DNA of 64,000 nt from an uncultured bacterium. Its GTDB lineage: Bacteria; Patescibacteriota; Minisyncoccia; UBA6257; 2-01-FULL-56-20. Shown in pieces: positions 32,608 through 41,486 of the stretch. The stretch spans positions 559,317 to 623,316 of the forward strand of contig CAVOJZ010000002.1 in assembly GCA_963696395.1 (NCBI GenBank), given 5' to 3'. The notes beneath the pieces are model-generated. The model was not told the origin of the DNA. It did not search any database and saw only the letters and a program-made list of their open reading frames with translations. The position numbers and the translations under genes were made by a program. How positions within the stretch are numbered: position 1 is the stretch's first letter; each line of letters opens with the position of its first letter.

Positions 32608-33498
32608 ATGGTTCAGGATCAGCTCGTTGATTATATAAATTCACAGACAAAACTTGGGACCTCGCGGGAGGCCATAAGAACGACGCTTCAAGGTGTCGGC
32701 TGGCAGACGGCGGATATTGATGACAGCTTCAAAAAGATTGAAGGAAGTGCAACGTCCTCTGCGGTAGTCGCGAAGCCTGCCGCCGTCCAGCCGTTTTCTT
32801 CGCCGGCAATGTCCGGAGTGAAGCCGGCGGCAAGTGTCGGGCCGCAAGTGATTCGCATGAGCGATCTCGTTTCGTCATCGAGCGGACCAATGGAAAAAGT
32901 CTCACCTGCTGCGGCGAGTTCAAAAGATACAAAAATGTCACCTGCCAAGATTGAGTCAATATCAACAGGGGGAAGCGTGTCTTCCTCGAAGAAGCCGTTG
33001 ATCGTTTACGGAATTCTCGGCATTATCATTCTGGGGCTCGGTGGATTCTCGGCGTATCTCTATATGCAAAACGGCACGTTGAGTTCGCAAGTCGGAACGG
33101 TGAGTAGCCAGAGTGCAAATGTTCAATCGCAGGTTGCGGCACTTTCGAGCCAGGTGTCTGCGCTTACGGCATCGAGCACCGCGCTCACGAGCCAGGTGAC
33201 CGCACTCACAGCGGCAAACCAGGAACTTTCAACCGAGCTTTCGTTTTATGCCGCGCCTTTGGGTGTGAGCCCCACGACAACGCCGATCACCGTGTCCGGT
33301 TCACTGGGTGTGAACGCCGCAAAAAATTATTTTGTGATGGCGTCGGATGGAGGGAGGGTCTTTATTTCAAATTCAAAAGAAGCCAAAGTTGCAGCAGCTC
33401 TCCAGCCGTTCGTTGGAAGCTCAACTCAAGTTTCGGGGACGATTGTTCCCGGAACGGACTCCATGTCAGCTACTTCGCTTAACGGGACTGCGCTTTAA
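32608..33498 (+). CDS. Hypothetical protein with a TM helix and coiled coil
   Basis: LVDYI...LQGVGW N-terminal domain, central TM, heptad repeats. Confidence 0.75.
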   Translation: MVQDQLVDYINSQTKLGTSREAIRTTLQGVGWQTADIDDSFKKIEGSATSSAVVAKPAAVQPFSSPAMSGVKPAASVGPQVIRMSDLVSSSSGPMEKVSPAAASSKDTKMSPAKIESISTGGSVSSSKKPLIVYGILGIIILGLGGFSAYLYMQNGTLSSQVGTVSSQSANVQSQVAALSSQVSALTASSTALTSQVTALTAANQELSTELSFYAAPLGVSPTTTPITVSGSLGVNAAKNYFVMASDGGRVFISNSKEAKVAAALQPFVGSSTQVSGTIVPGTDSMSATSLNGTAL

Positions 33499-34058
33499 TC
33501 CAACACTCCGAGATTTCGCAATGCCGTATGGTATATTTCGAGCGCCCGTTCGGCGAGATCGCGTTTTAATTTAAAATCTGCCTCATGAGCGATCTGATTT
33601 CGCAATTTGTGGGCTTGCCACAGGTCTTCGAGGTTCGGGATCTGGTTGTTGCGCGCCCGTTTCAGGCGGTCGCCAAGTTGGATGCCGGGAACTCCCGCTG
33701 CGCGGAGCGCTTCGTTTAATATCTTATCGGCTTCCAGAATCGCAACCTTCATATCGTTTTCGCTTCCTTTATAAAAATGGGTTTCAATGCGTATCCACGT
33801 TTTTTGCGCCAAATCGCGCGACATATCGCTCTTTAGAACGATGTCGCGGAAGCGTTCAATGCGGGCGCTGAAATAACTGGTCTTTACGCCGATGTAGATG
33901 ATGAGAGCAATAAGAAGGGACGTGACGAGAACGCTCAAAATTTCAAGCCATGTGAGATTTGCGAAATAGATCGAAAGAGCGTTTTGGCCGGCTGCCTGTA
34001 TCTGCGCAATCGTTTGCGACGCCACTGTCTGCAATGTGCTGGTTGTTGAAGTGGGCAT
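33495..34058 (-). CDS. Hypothetical membrane protein
   Basis: TM; AILEADK, GDRLK, AHKLRNQIAHE; coupled to the gatA stop. Confidence 0.8.
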   Translation of the reverse strand: MPTSTTSTLQTVASQTIAQIQAAGQNALSIYFANLTWLEILSVLVTSLLIALIIYIGVKTSYFSARIERFRDIVLKSDMSRDLAQKTWIRIETHFYKGSENDMKVAILEADKILNEALRAAGVPGIQLGDRLKRARNNQIPNLEDLWQAHKLRNQIAHEADFKLKRDLAERALEIYHTALRNLGVLD

Positions 34059-35509
34059 TATAGTTGTTCGTAATAGTGGCCGAGGCCGAGAATGTCAGCT
34101 TCGCGCCATTTTTTTCCGATGAGCTGGAATCCGACAGGCAGCTCGTGAGCCGCAAGCGCGCCCGAAGCTTTTGTCGGGATCGAGACGGCCGGGAATCCGC
34201 CGAGTTTTGGCGGGATTGAAAAAACATCGGCAAGATACATTGCAAGGGGATCGTCGGCTTTCTCGCCGATTTTGAATGCCCGCATCGGGGCGACCGGCGC
34301 AAGCATCACGTCAACGTCTTTGAACGCCGCGTCAAAATCCTGTTTGATGAGCGTCCGGACTTTTTGTGCCTTTTCATAATAGGCGTCGTAATATCCTGAC
34401 GAAAGGACAAATGTTCCGAGAATGATTCTTCGCTTTGCCTCAGCACCGAAGCCGGCGCCACGGGTTTCAAAATAGAGATCGGTAAGATTGGCAACTTTTG
34501 TTTCGGGCCGCGCGTAGCGGATGCCGTCAAAGCGGGCCAGGTTCGAACTGACTTCTGCGGGAACAATAATGTAGTAGACGGAAACCGCATATTTCGTGTG
34601 TGGCAGGGATATTTTTTTGAATTTCAATCCCATGCTCTTCAGTTTTTCAATCGCCGTATCGATTTCCTGTTTCACCTCCGGCTCAAGGCCGTCAATAAAA
34701 TATTCTTCAGGAAGGCCGACAGTCAAAGCTTTCATGTTTGCGAAGTCAGGTTCAAGAAGCTCGCGCTCGTTATATTCGATCGGCGCACTCGTGGCATCCA
34801 AGGGGTCTTTTCCTCTGATTGCATTAAAAAGAATTGCGGCATCCTCGCATGTTTTTGCAATGGGACCGACCTGGTCCAGGCTCGATGCCATGGCAATAAT
34901 ACCTGAGCGCGAAACGGCACCGTAGGTCGGGCTCATGCCGACAACTCCGCAAAAACTCGCCGGCAGGCGGATGGAACCACCCGTGTCTGTGCCCAGCGCT
35001 CCGATCGCCATGTGGGATGCAACGGCGGCGACAGAGCCGCCCGAAGACCCGCCCGCAACACGAGTCGTGTCGTGCGGATTTTTGGTGACGCCGAACGCCG
35101 AGTTTTCGGTGGAGGCGCCCATGGCAAATTCGTCGAGATTGGTTTTTCCCAGAAACACTGCACGTTCAGTCTTCAATTTATTGATGACGCCCGCGTCATA
35201 GCTCGCAATGTAATCCTTGAGGATTTTCGACGCGGCGGTCGCCGGAAGATCCTTAATGAGTATGCAGTCTTTGATTGCAAGGGGAGCGCCAGCGAGTGCG
35301 CCGATTTCTTCGTCTTTTGCAATCGCGATATCAACTTTTTCCGCCTGTGCTACGGCAGACTCTTCAGCTGTGCTGAGGAAGGCATTGATTTCTGGATTTT
35401 CTCTTTTGATGTGGGCGAACGACTCCTGAGTTATTTCAAGCGCCGAAAATTTCTTATCGATCAATCCCTCGTGGAATTTTTTTATGGTGAGATTGCGAAA
35501 GAGATCCAT
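34058..35509 (-). CDS. gatA: Asp/Glu-tRNA amidotransferase subunit A
   Basis: GKTNLDEFAMG, GGSSGGS, GTDTGGSIR, SNLARFDG. Confidence 0.97.
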   Translation of the reverse strand: MDLFRNLTIKKFHEGLIDKKFSALEITQESFAHIKRENPEINAFLSTAEESAVAQAEKVDIAIAKDEEIGALAGAPLAIKDCILIKDLPATAASKILKDYIASYDAGVINKLKTERAVFLGKTNLDEFAMGASTENSAFGVTKNPHDTTRVAGGSSGGSVAAVASHMAIGALGTDTGGSIRLPASFCGVVGMSPTYGAVSRSGIIAMASSLDQVGPIAKTCEDAAILFNAIRGKDPLDATSAPIEYNERELLEPDFANMKALTVGLPEEYFIDGLEPEVKQEIDTAIEKLKSMGLKFKKISLPHTKYAVSVYYIIVPAEVSSNLARFDGIRYARPETKVANLTDLYFETRGAGFGAEAKRRIILGTFVLSSGYYDAYYEKAQKVRTLIKQDFDAAFKDVDVMLAPVAPMRAFKIGEKADDPLAMYLADVFSIPPKLGGFPAVSIPTKASGALAAHELPVGFQLIGKKWREADILGLGHYYEQL

Positions 35510-35510
35510 G

Positions 35511-35804
35511 TTATTCAAAAACCGGGGGCACTTTCAGGTAACCCTTTTCTTTTTCCGGGAATGCTTCGACGCCGGCGCCCTTGTTGGTGTTTTCCCGCTC
35601 TTCATCTTTGCGAAAGACGTTTTTAAGGTCCGTTCCTCCAGTCATCGGTACGACGTTAGTCGTATCGAGCGCCTTCAATTCGTTAAAATGTTCTAAAATA
35701 TTGCCGAGGTCTTTTATTAATTTTTCCTCCTCTTTCGGGTCGAGATGTATGCGCGCAAGCTTCGCGAGATGCTCAAGCTCATGCTTTGTAATGGCGGATG
35801 ACAT
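35511..35804 (-). CDS. gatC: Asp/Glu-tRNA amidotransferase subunit C
   Basis: HLAKLARI...LDTTNVVP...YLKVPPV; upstream of gatA. Confidence 0.93.
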   Translation of the reverse strand: MSSAITKHELEHLAKLARIHLDPKEEEKLIKDLGNILEHFNELKALDTTNVVPMTGGTDLKNVFRKDEERENTNKGAGVEAFPEKEKGYLKVPPVFE

Positions 35805-35879
35805 TACAGTGATTGTAGCGTTTTTGACGGTGTAATTCAATTTCCCGCGACGCCGACCGTGGGGTCGTGTCGTGGAGTT

Positions 35880-37208
35880 CTATAGCCCACGGACGGCCAA
35901 GGCGAACTGGTCGCCTCGATCGTATTCGTTCTTGAAAATGCCGAAGCTGGTCGCGCCCGGGGAGAGGAGAATGATGTCGCCTGGTTGTGCGGCTGCGAGC
36001 GCCGCCGCGAACGCATCTTTCATATTCAAGACGATCGTTGCGTTATAATCGGGCGGCAGAACCTTCAATAATTTATCGGTTGCTTTGCCCTTAAAGAGGA
36101 TGAGGTGTTTTACGGTTTTCGGGATGTAGTCGGCGAGCGCTTCGAAGGGGAGTTCTTTGTCGCTGCCGCCGGCGATGAGAGCGATCGGTTTATTTTGAGG
36201 GACGAGCGCCGCTAACGCCGCGATGGTTGCTTCGGGCGTTGTTGAATTCGAATCGTTATAGAAGGCGATGCCTTTTTTCTCTCCCAGATATTCCAAGCGC
36301 CCGGGAAGACCATTAAATTTTTCTAAAACAGTTTTTGCTATTTCATCCGGGATTCCAAGCGCCCGCGCTACGGCAACTGCATAGGCTGCGTTGGTGCGAT
36401 TATGTTTGCCGACGAGCGCAATGTTCCAGGTTTTGGGTATTGTTGCATCGGTTATGCATGTTCCTTTGAGACTGCCGAACTGAGCCTCGACACTCTTTTT
36501 TATTTCTGATGTTGTGATAAATATGTCGCCCTTTTTCTGAAAGCGGGCGATGGCTGCTTTGTCACGAAAGTAACGTTCCATATCTCCCTTGTAGTAGTTC
36601 ATGTGGTCGGGCATAAAGTTCGTCCAGACCGCAATGTGCGGGCTTATTGACGCTTCTTCGAATCCCTGGAGCTGCCACGAGTCGAGTTCTAGGATCACGA
36701 GGTCTCCCGGCGCAACGCCTCGAAGGAGATTGAGCGTTGCAACGTCGCGTTCATTTCCGCCAAGACCCGGGTTTTTTCCGGCGGCTTTCGCAATTTCATA
36801 AATAAGATGCGTTGTGGTTGATTTGCCACGCGTGCCCGTAATTCCCACCACCGTCGCTCCGGAAAGTTTTGCAAAAAGCGAGGCGTCCATCGCAACCGGA
36901 ATGCCAAGTTCCCGTGCGTGAGCAAGGTAGGGCGAATCAAGCGGCGCATTCGGTGCGCGAATGATAAGGTCGCGCCCTTCAAAGTCCTCCATGGTGTGCC
37001 CTCCGAGATGATAGGTTATAGTTGGAAATCTTTCGAGCCTGGCGAGTGAGGGTGCGAGTTCATCTTTTGTTTTCAAATCGGTCACGATGAGCTCGGCTCC
37101 CGCTTCCGCAAAAAATTCCGCGTCGCCGACGCCTCGCCCGAGCAGGCCGAGCCCCATCAGCGTTATTTTTTTCCCTGCAAACTGTGCTTTTATGTCGGAC
37201 GATTCCAT
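35880..37208 (-). CDS. murD: UDP-MurNAc-L-Ala--D-Glu ligase
   Basis: GITGTRGKSTT, ELDSWQL, NDSNSTT, LSPGATSF. Confidence 0.94.
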   Translation of the reverse strand: MESSDIKAQFAGKKITLMGLGLLGRGVGDAEFFAEAGAELIVTDLKTKDELAPSLARLERFPTITYHLGGHTMEDFEGRDLIIRAPNAPLDSPYLAHARELGIPVAMDASLFAKLSGATVVGITGTRGKSTTTHLIYEIAKAAGKNPGLGGNERDVATLNLLRGVAPGDLVILELDSWQLQGFEEASISPHIAVWTNFMPDHMNYYKGDMERYFRDKAAIARFQKKGDIFITTSEIKKSVEAQFGSLKGTCITDATIPKTWNIALVGKHNRTNAAYAVAVARALGIPDEIAKTVLEKFNGLPGRLEYLGEKKGIAFYNDSNSTTPEATIAALAALVPQNKPIALIAGGSDKELPFEALADYIPKTVKHLILFKGKATDKLLKVLPPDYNATIVLNMKDAFAAALAAAQPGDIILLSPGATSFGIFKNEYDRGDQFALAVRGL

Positions 37209-37237
37209 TGCTTTGATAATTGCACTAATTGCGAGCT

Positions 37238-37267
37238 TTGACAATTCATTAAAAAAATCGCTATAAT
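37238..37267 (+). promoter_or_regulatory. Consensus sigma70 promoter upstream of the tRNA-Met-like gene
   Basis: TTGACA-N18-TATAAT. Confidence 0.85.
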
Positions 37268-37281
37268 TCTTTGACATTCAT

Positions 37282-37355
37282 CGCGGGAGGGTTGGGAAAG
37301 GTTTTCCGGGGAGCCCCATAAGCTCCCGAAGCAGGTCCGAGTCCTGCCCCCGCAA
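37282..37355 (+). tRNA. Atypical tRNA-Met(CAT)-like gene (functional or degenerate)
   Basis: CGCGGG/CCCGCA-A acceptor with C1:A72, GGAGC-CCCATAA-GCTCC anticodon arm, GCAGG-TCCGAGT-CCTGC T-arm; non-canonical D-arm, C33 and T-loop. Confidence 0.55.
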
Positions 37356-37455
37356 CACGCAAGGTTTGAGTATCGAGTAAGACCGGGAGGCTTTTGTCGC
37401 ACACCCGAGAGGTTTCGCTTTGGTAGCATCGATTTGAATAAGCTAAGATTAAAGG

Positions 37456-37830
37456 ATGCAACATCCTCAAAAGCCTACGAAAGACGAGCAAATTCTCTCG
37501 CTCATTTCGCATCAAGCGCGAGAGCTGGTTGAAAAATACACTTCACCCGAACAGTTGAACGTAGGTTCTTATAAAGAAATATTCAACGTTTCGAAAAGTG
37601 ACATTGCAATGTATCTTAAAAAGCATTTTGCGCTAACGGATTTAGTCCCAAGCCCTGAATCTAAGAAAGATGGTTTCTATGCAATCTCCATCGAAGGAGG
37701 GTTCCGTATCTATGAGCAATATGACGGCATTCGCGCGAATGAGAAAACGACATCGAATTCCGATGGTGTTTGGGATGCATTTGCAGAATACATTATTAGA
37801 ACGAGTGGAACCGGACTGTCCTTTAAGTAG
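37456..37830 (+). CDS. Hypothetical protein (cassette 1 cargo)
   Basis: 124-aa AT-rich ORF; TAAGAT 6 nt upstream of ATG. Confidence 0.7.
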   Translation: MQHPQKPTKDEQILSLISHQARELVEKYTSPEQLNVGSYKEIFNVSKSDIAMYLKKHFALTDLVPSPESKKDGFYAISIEGGFRIYEQYDGIRANEKTTSNSDGVWDAFAEYIIRTSGTGLSFK

Positions 37831-38039
37831 AATCTATCAATACGATATTCCGGTCTCAAAAGCAGCTTTTCAAAAACATCGCAACGGCTTGCCCAAAAGA
37901 GGTTCGCCCTTTGGAACGAAGTAAAGGCAAGTTTCAGGAAAACAAACTGACCGAGACGCCTCAAGTGAGACAGGGAGAGGATTTTCGAGAAGACCTTGTA
38001 AGGGCCTCTTAATAAAAGTCCCAGACCGAGTGCGGCAAC

Positions 38040-38149
38040 AGCTTTCGTTTTTCTCTCTGGGAGGGTCGCGTCGTTTTCTGCTGAAAACGCGCTACCTCTC
38101 GCCGCCTTCGCGGTTCCGAGATACCCTCTCGGAGAGAAAAACGAAAGCT
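38040..38149. repeat. Palindromic structured element, copy 2
   Basis: Arms AGCTTTCGTTTTTCTCTCTGGGAGGGT / ACCCTCTCGGAGAGAAAAACGAAAGCT; same core as copy 1. Confidence 0.9.
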
Positions 38150-38155
38150 ACTGGA

Positions 38156-38287
38156 CAAGACTCGGACGGGGAGGGGGTCGGGGAACCGGGAGGTTCCCCG
38201 CGTAGGAAGGCGCTGGAAACCGAGAGGTTTCCAGGGAGCGAAGCGCGTTGCGCGCGGAGCGACGTCCGAGCTTCCTGCCCCCGCAAC
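38156..38287 (+). repeat. 132-bp structured repeat A ending in the tRNA 3' end
   Basis: 2 mismatches versus 39464-39595; multi-hairpin fold. Confidence 0.95.
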
Positions 38288-38699
38288 ACGCAAGGCCAAG
38301 TTCAGAGCAAGACCAAGTAGGCCTCAAGGCATGATTTTGTCGCACACCCAGGACTAGATGATCTTGCTATCACATGCAAAGAGGACATGAAAGACAAAGT
38401 GTTGGCTGTCATCAAGCAGTATTCCCCGATTTATATTCCCCAGGTTCAGCCGATCCATAAGTCGTGGCTGTAGCACTTTCGTTTATCTCTGACCTTCGAA
38501 TGCATCCAATGATCAAGCGCAACCGCAATTCAGAAAAGAGGATACAACAGACGGAAGAAGTTATAGTTCGTATAGATGAAGGAGGAAATGCCTATTGCAT
38601 AGAACTAATCTTTGATCACAGGGGATTGATGTCAAAATTAAAAGCCATGGAAACTACAGATACTACTTTGGAAGAAGCGCAAGGATAGAACTCACCCCC

Positions 38700-39224
38700 A
38701 TGCACGCAAAAATGATTTTTATTATTGTAATTATCGCCATTGTCATTGCCCTCATCGCCGGATTCTTGTGGTATCGAAGTGGGATTCACCAGGCGGAAGA
38801 CGACTTTTTGTATGCTAACAAATCCTCTGGAACGCTTAAGTCGTCTTTCAATTGCAGCACCATCCCCGAGATAACTTTCGAGTATCCTCTTTTCAAAGGC
38901 CTTGATAAACCATACCTTATCTATTCGGATAATGAGTGTTTGATAACGTTGAATCGAATTCCGAATGACAGGCCTAATGGAGCAGTCATAACTGTCACGA
39001 AACTGCCAACGGAAGCAACGCCAAGTCCAACGTCACAGCTGATCCCAAAAAATAATTACGGCGTTCAATATCAAGAACTATCTGGCGTTGATGGCTATCT
39101 TTTTTACACCAGCTTGCAAGGATATTATTATCGGGTTGCATTTTCGAATTATTCCAATGTCTCAATTGACCATGATTTGTTTTGGAATACTATTCTTGAT
39201 AGTTTTCGGGAGGTAAAATCGTGA
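38700..39224 (+). CDS. Membrane-anchored hypothetical protein (cassette 2 cargo)
   Basis: N-terminal TM, ITFEYP motif, 174 aa. Confidence 0.75.
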   Translation: MHAKMIFIIVIIAIVIALIAGFLWYRSGIHQAEDDFLYANKSSGTLKSSFNCSTIPEITFEYPLFKGLDKPYLIYSDNECLITLNRIPNDRPNGAVITVTKLPTEATPSPTSQLIPKNNYGVQYQELSGVDGYLFYTSLQGYYYRVAFSNYSNVSIDHDLFWNTILDSFREVKS

Positions 39225-39327
39225 TTCGTATCAAGACCGAGACGCTTCGAAAGTAAGCGGAAGGGGATCCCCAAGAATGCTTGTGGGGTTTGCACCCAAA
39301 AAGTCCAAGACCGAGTGCGGCAACACT

Positions 39328-39446
39328 GGCAGTAAGCAGTCCAAAAGAATTTTGAGTACGCGTCCGCGCGTACTCGCGCGGCGCTCCATCTCGGCCGCCT
39401 TCGCGGCCTCCGATAGCCCCAAAATTCTTTTGGACTGCTTACTGCC
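39328..39446. repeat. Palindromic structured element, copy 3
   Basis: Arms GGCAGTAAGCAGTCCAAAAGAATTTTG / CAAAATTCTTTTGGACTGCTTACTGCC; conserved core. Confidence 0.9.
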
Positions 39447-39463
39447 CAATTGTTATGAGATCG

Positions 39464-39595
39464 CAAGACTCGGACGGGGAGGGGGTCGGGGAACCGGGAG
39501 GTTCCCCGCGTAGGAAGGCGCTGGAAACCGAGAGGTTTCCAGAGAGCGAAGCGCGTTGCGCGCTGAGCGACGTCCGAGCTTCCTGCCCCCGCAAC
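39464..39595 (+). repeat. 132-bp structured repeat A, second copy
   Basis: Near-identical to 38156-38287. Confidence 0.95.
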
Positions 39596-39602
39596 CACTT
39601 TT

Positions 39603-39700
39603 GCTTTTTCTCTTTCTGAGGGTCGCGTCGTTTTCTGCTGAAAACGCGCTACCTCTCGCCGCCTTCGCGGCTCCGAGATACCCTCAGAAAGAGCAAAAGC
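39603..39700. repeat. Palindromic structured element, copy 4
   Basis: Arms GCTTTTTCTCTTTCTGAGGGT / ACCCTCAGAAAGAGCAAAAGC; follows the displaced tRNA end GCAACCA. Confidence 0.9.
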
Positions 39701-39789
39701 CTCCGATCAATCGCAGTGTTTCTTGCCCTTTTGATAAGCGGCTTTTAGTTGAAAATACGGACAGGGTGCGATATATTGTGAATGCAATT

Positions 39790-39862
39790 GCCGACGTAGC
39801 TCAGGGGTTAGAGCGGGCGTTTCATAAGCGCTAGGTCGGAGGTTCGACTCCTCCCGTCGGCA
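39790..39862 (+). tRNA. tRNA with CAT anticodon (elongator Met or Ile2)
   Basis: GCCGACG/CGTCGGC acceptor, TTCATAA loop, TTCGACT T-loop. Confidence 0.9.
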
Positions 39863-39887
39863 CATCCGGTAATGCTATAATCATGGA

Positions 39888-40418
39888 ATGACCATCGGCC
39901 TTTATACATCGCGGCATTATTTCGACCTTAAAATCGGGGCAATAAAAGAGGCGACCAAAAAGCTTTCCATAGACGCGGATATTGTACTCGGCGATTCGTT
40001 TCGTCCGTCGCTTGTCTCGCAGACGTTCGGTTTCGAGGATATGTTCAAACGGGCGCAGGAATGTGCGGATGAAGCGCTGAAGCGACAGAATACCGACATT
40101 GGCATCGGAATCGAAAACTCAATCAGTTTTTTCAACAATGCGAACGAGTGGTATTACGTGATCGGGATTTCCATCAAAACAAAGGACGGCAAGCATGCAG
40201 ATAGTTTCACTTCCGGGATACGGGTGCCGGGTTGGATGATGGAGCAAATCCAAAAAGACAACCTCAAGATGGATTCGTTAACCCAGAGCCTCGCAAAAGA
40301 AGACGATCCCGTGATGTATTTTTCCGGAGGAACCATCACGCGAAAAGACCTTATGGTACCGGCGCTGCTTTTGGCATTTGCTAACCTGAATCTGGACAAG
40401 CGGCCGACGTCGGCTTAG
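39888..40418 (+). CDS. YjjX/DUF84-like non-canonical purine NTP phosphatase
   Basis: KIGAIKEA, SQTFG...RA, IGIGIEN, FSGGTITR. Confidence 0.65.
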   Translation: MTIGLYTSRHYFDLKIGAIKEATKKLSIDADIVLGDSFRPSLVSQTFGFEDMFKRAQECADEALKRQNTDIGIGIENSISFFNNANEWYYVIGISIKTKDGKHADSFTSGIRVPGWMMEQIQKDNLKMDSLTQSLAKEDDPVMYFSGGTITRKDLMVPALLLAFANLNLDKRPTSA

Positions 40419-41035
40419 AAATCTTTCATCCGGTCTTTCAGCTCAATCGTGGAGATTTTTTGATGCTCAGCATACGCCGGGTGCCACTTGGCCATGAAGT
40501 CTTTGATAGCTGCGGAATCGCCGTCTTTAATCCTTCCGAGCCATTCCTTTGCCATATCAAATTTTCTTTTTTCTTCCATCAATAATTGGCTGATCTCTTC
40601 TGCGACGAGAGGATGTTCCGCCTGAAAAAAATCAACGATATAGCCGTCGCCTAATATTTTTTTGAAGACATATTTTGCGCGTTCGGCCTGGTAATCAGAA
40701 ATGATAACGGCAATATTTTTCCAACCCAAAGGTTCGAGGTAGAGCGTTTTTGAAAAATAGGCGTTGCCGAGCAGGTCCTTTGATTTTTCCTCAAGTAAAA
40801 TATTTTTTGCATCCACGCTCGCCTCGAGCGCGTAGTCCTTCATGGCTTGCGCTTCCGTTTTTGCGGCGGGCAATTGCGTTGCGGGCCCTCTGCCACCGCC
40901 CGACATCACCATCTTTTCGGCTATGCCCTGCCGATATACGCGAATGCCCTCGCGGACGCGTTCAATCGAGATCGTGGTCAGGGTGGCGTCCCGATGGATG
41001 CCGCCGTCAATGACGAGAATGGCATCTTTATTCAT
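40415..41035 (-). CDS. YdcF/DUF218-family protein
   Basis: MSGG, TEAQAMK, LEEKSKD..GNA, SDYQAERA. Confidence 0.82.
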   Translation of the reverse strand: MNKDAILVIDGGIHRDATLTTISIERVREGIRVYRQGIAEKMVMSGGGRGPATQLPAAKTEAQAMKDYALEASVDAKNILLEEKSKDLLGNAYFSKTLYLEPLGWKNIAVIISDYQAERAKYVFKKILGDGYIVDFFQAEHPLVAEEISQLLMEEKRKFDMAKEWLGRIKDGDSAAIKDFMAKWHPAYAEHQKISTIELKDRMKDF

Positions 41036-41054
41036 GATTTAAGTATAGCAATAC

Positions 41055-41432
41055 CTAAAGACGTTCAAGTGCGTCCATCAGCAACCGGTTAATCGCATCC
41101 CGGGACTGCATGTTGGTTGTTTCTTTTAGCTTGCTCTCCCACTCGGCGATTTGTGCGGTCACCGTTTGTGAGTTCTCTTTGCCGAGCCTCGAAAGCAGGA
41201 GCCAATCGCGGCCGTTCAACTCCAAGGTTTCCGCAAGTTTTGCTTTTGTTCCATTGGAAAGTCCCGCAAGCAACTCCGCCAGATTTGAATCGCCGTTTTT
41301 GTGCAACTCGCCCATCATGGCGTTGTAGGATTTATCGAATTTTTCTCCGCCTTGCGATTCGTTGGGTCGGTTGTCGCCGGTTTGCGATTCCGGGAGTTCG
41401 GTCCAGCCCGGCGGTTTTTCGAACTTGCTCAT
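41055..41432 (-). CDS. Hypothetical protein
   Basis: Plausible 125-aa ORF filling the gap between genes. Confidence 0.6.
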   Translation of the reverse strand: MSKFEKPPGWTELPESQTGDNRPNESQGGEKFDKSYNAMMGELHKNGDSNLAELLAGLSNGTKAKLAETLELNGRDWLLLSRLGKENSQTVTAQIAEWESKLKETTNMQSRDAINRLLMDALERL

Positions 41433-41486
41433 ATATATGAGACTATCACCGCTCACAGCCGGATTCAATCGCAATAAAAAAGGCCG

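Larger units (their letters stand above)
37342..38287 (+). mobile_element. tRNA-anchored cassette 1 (about 0.93 kb, no integrase)
   Basis: Bounded by TCCTGCCCCCGCAAC direct repeats at 37342 and 38273; end motifs shared with cassette 2. Confidence 0.7.
38273..39597 (+). mobile_element. tRNA-anchored cassette 2 (about 1.3 kb, no integrase)
   Basis: Bounded by TCCTGCCCCCGCAAC at 38273 and 39581; the last copy carries CCA. Confidence 0.7.

Noticed and set aside
35845-35878. Hairpin between murD and gatC
   Set aside because: Single copy with no match to the repeat families; probably an ordinary terminator or stability hairpin.
38358-38688. Small ORFs at the start of cassette 2
   Set aside because: Short, with no clear start signals or motifs. 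They may be gene remnants but cannot be supported as CDS.
37342-39597. CRISPR array or classical integron interpretation
   Set aside because: Spacing is about 1 kb, there is no cas or intI gene, and the palindromes lack RYYYAAC/GTTRRRY attC ends.
38009-39834. Short ORFs such as VAGAGSSDVA... and LSEPRRRR...
   Set aside because: They are translations of the structured repeats and the antisense tRNA end, not credible proteins.
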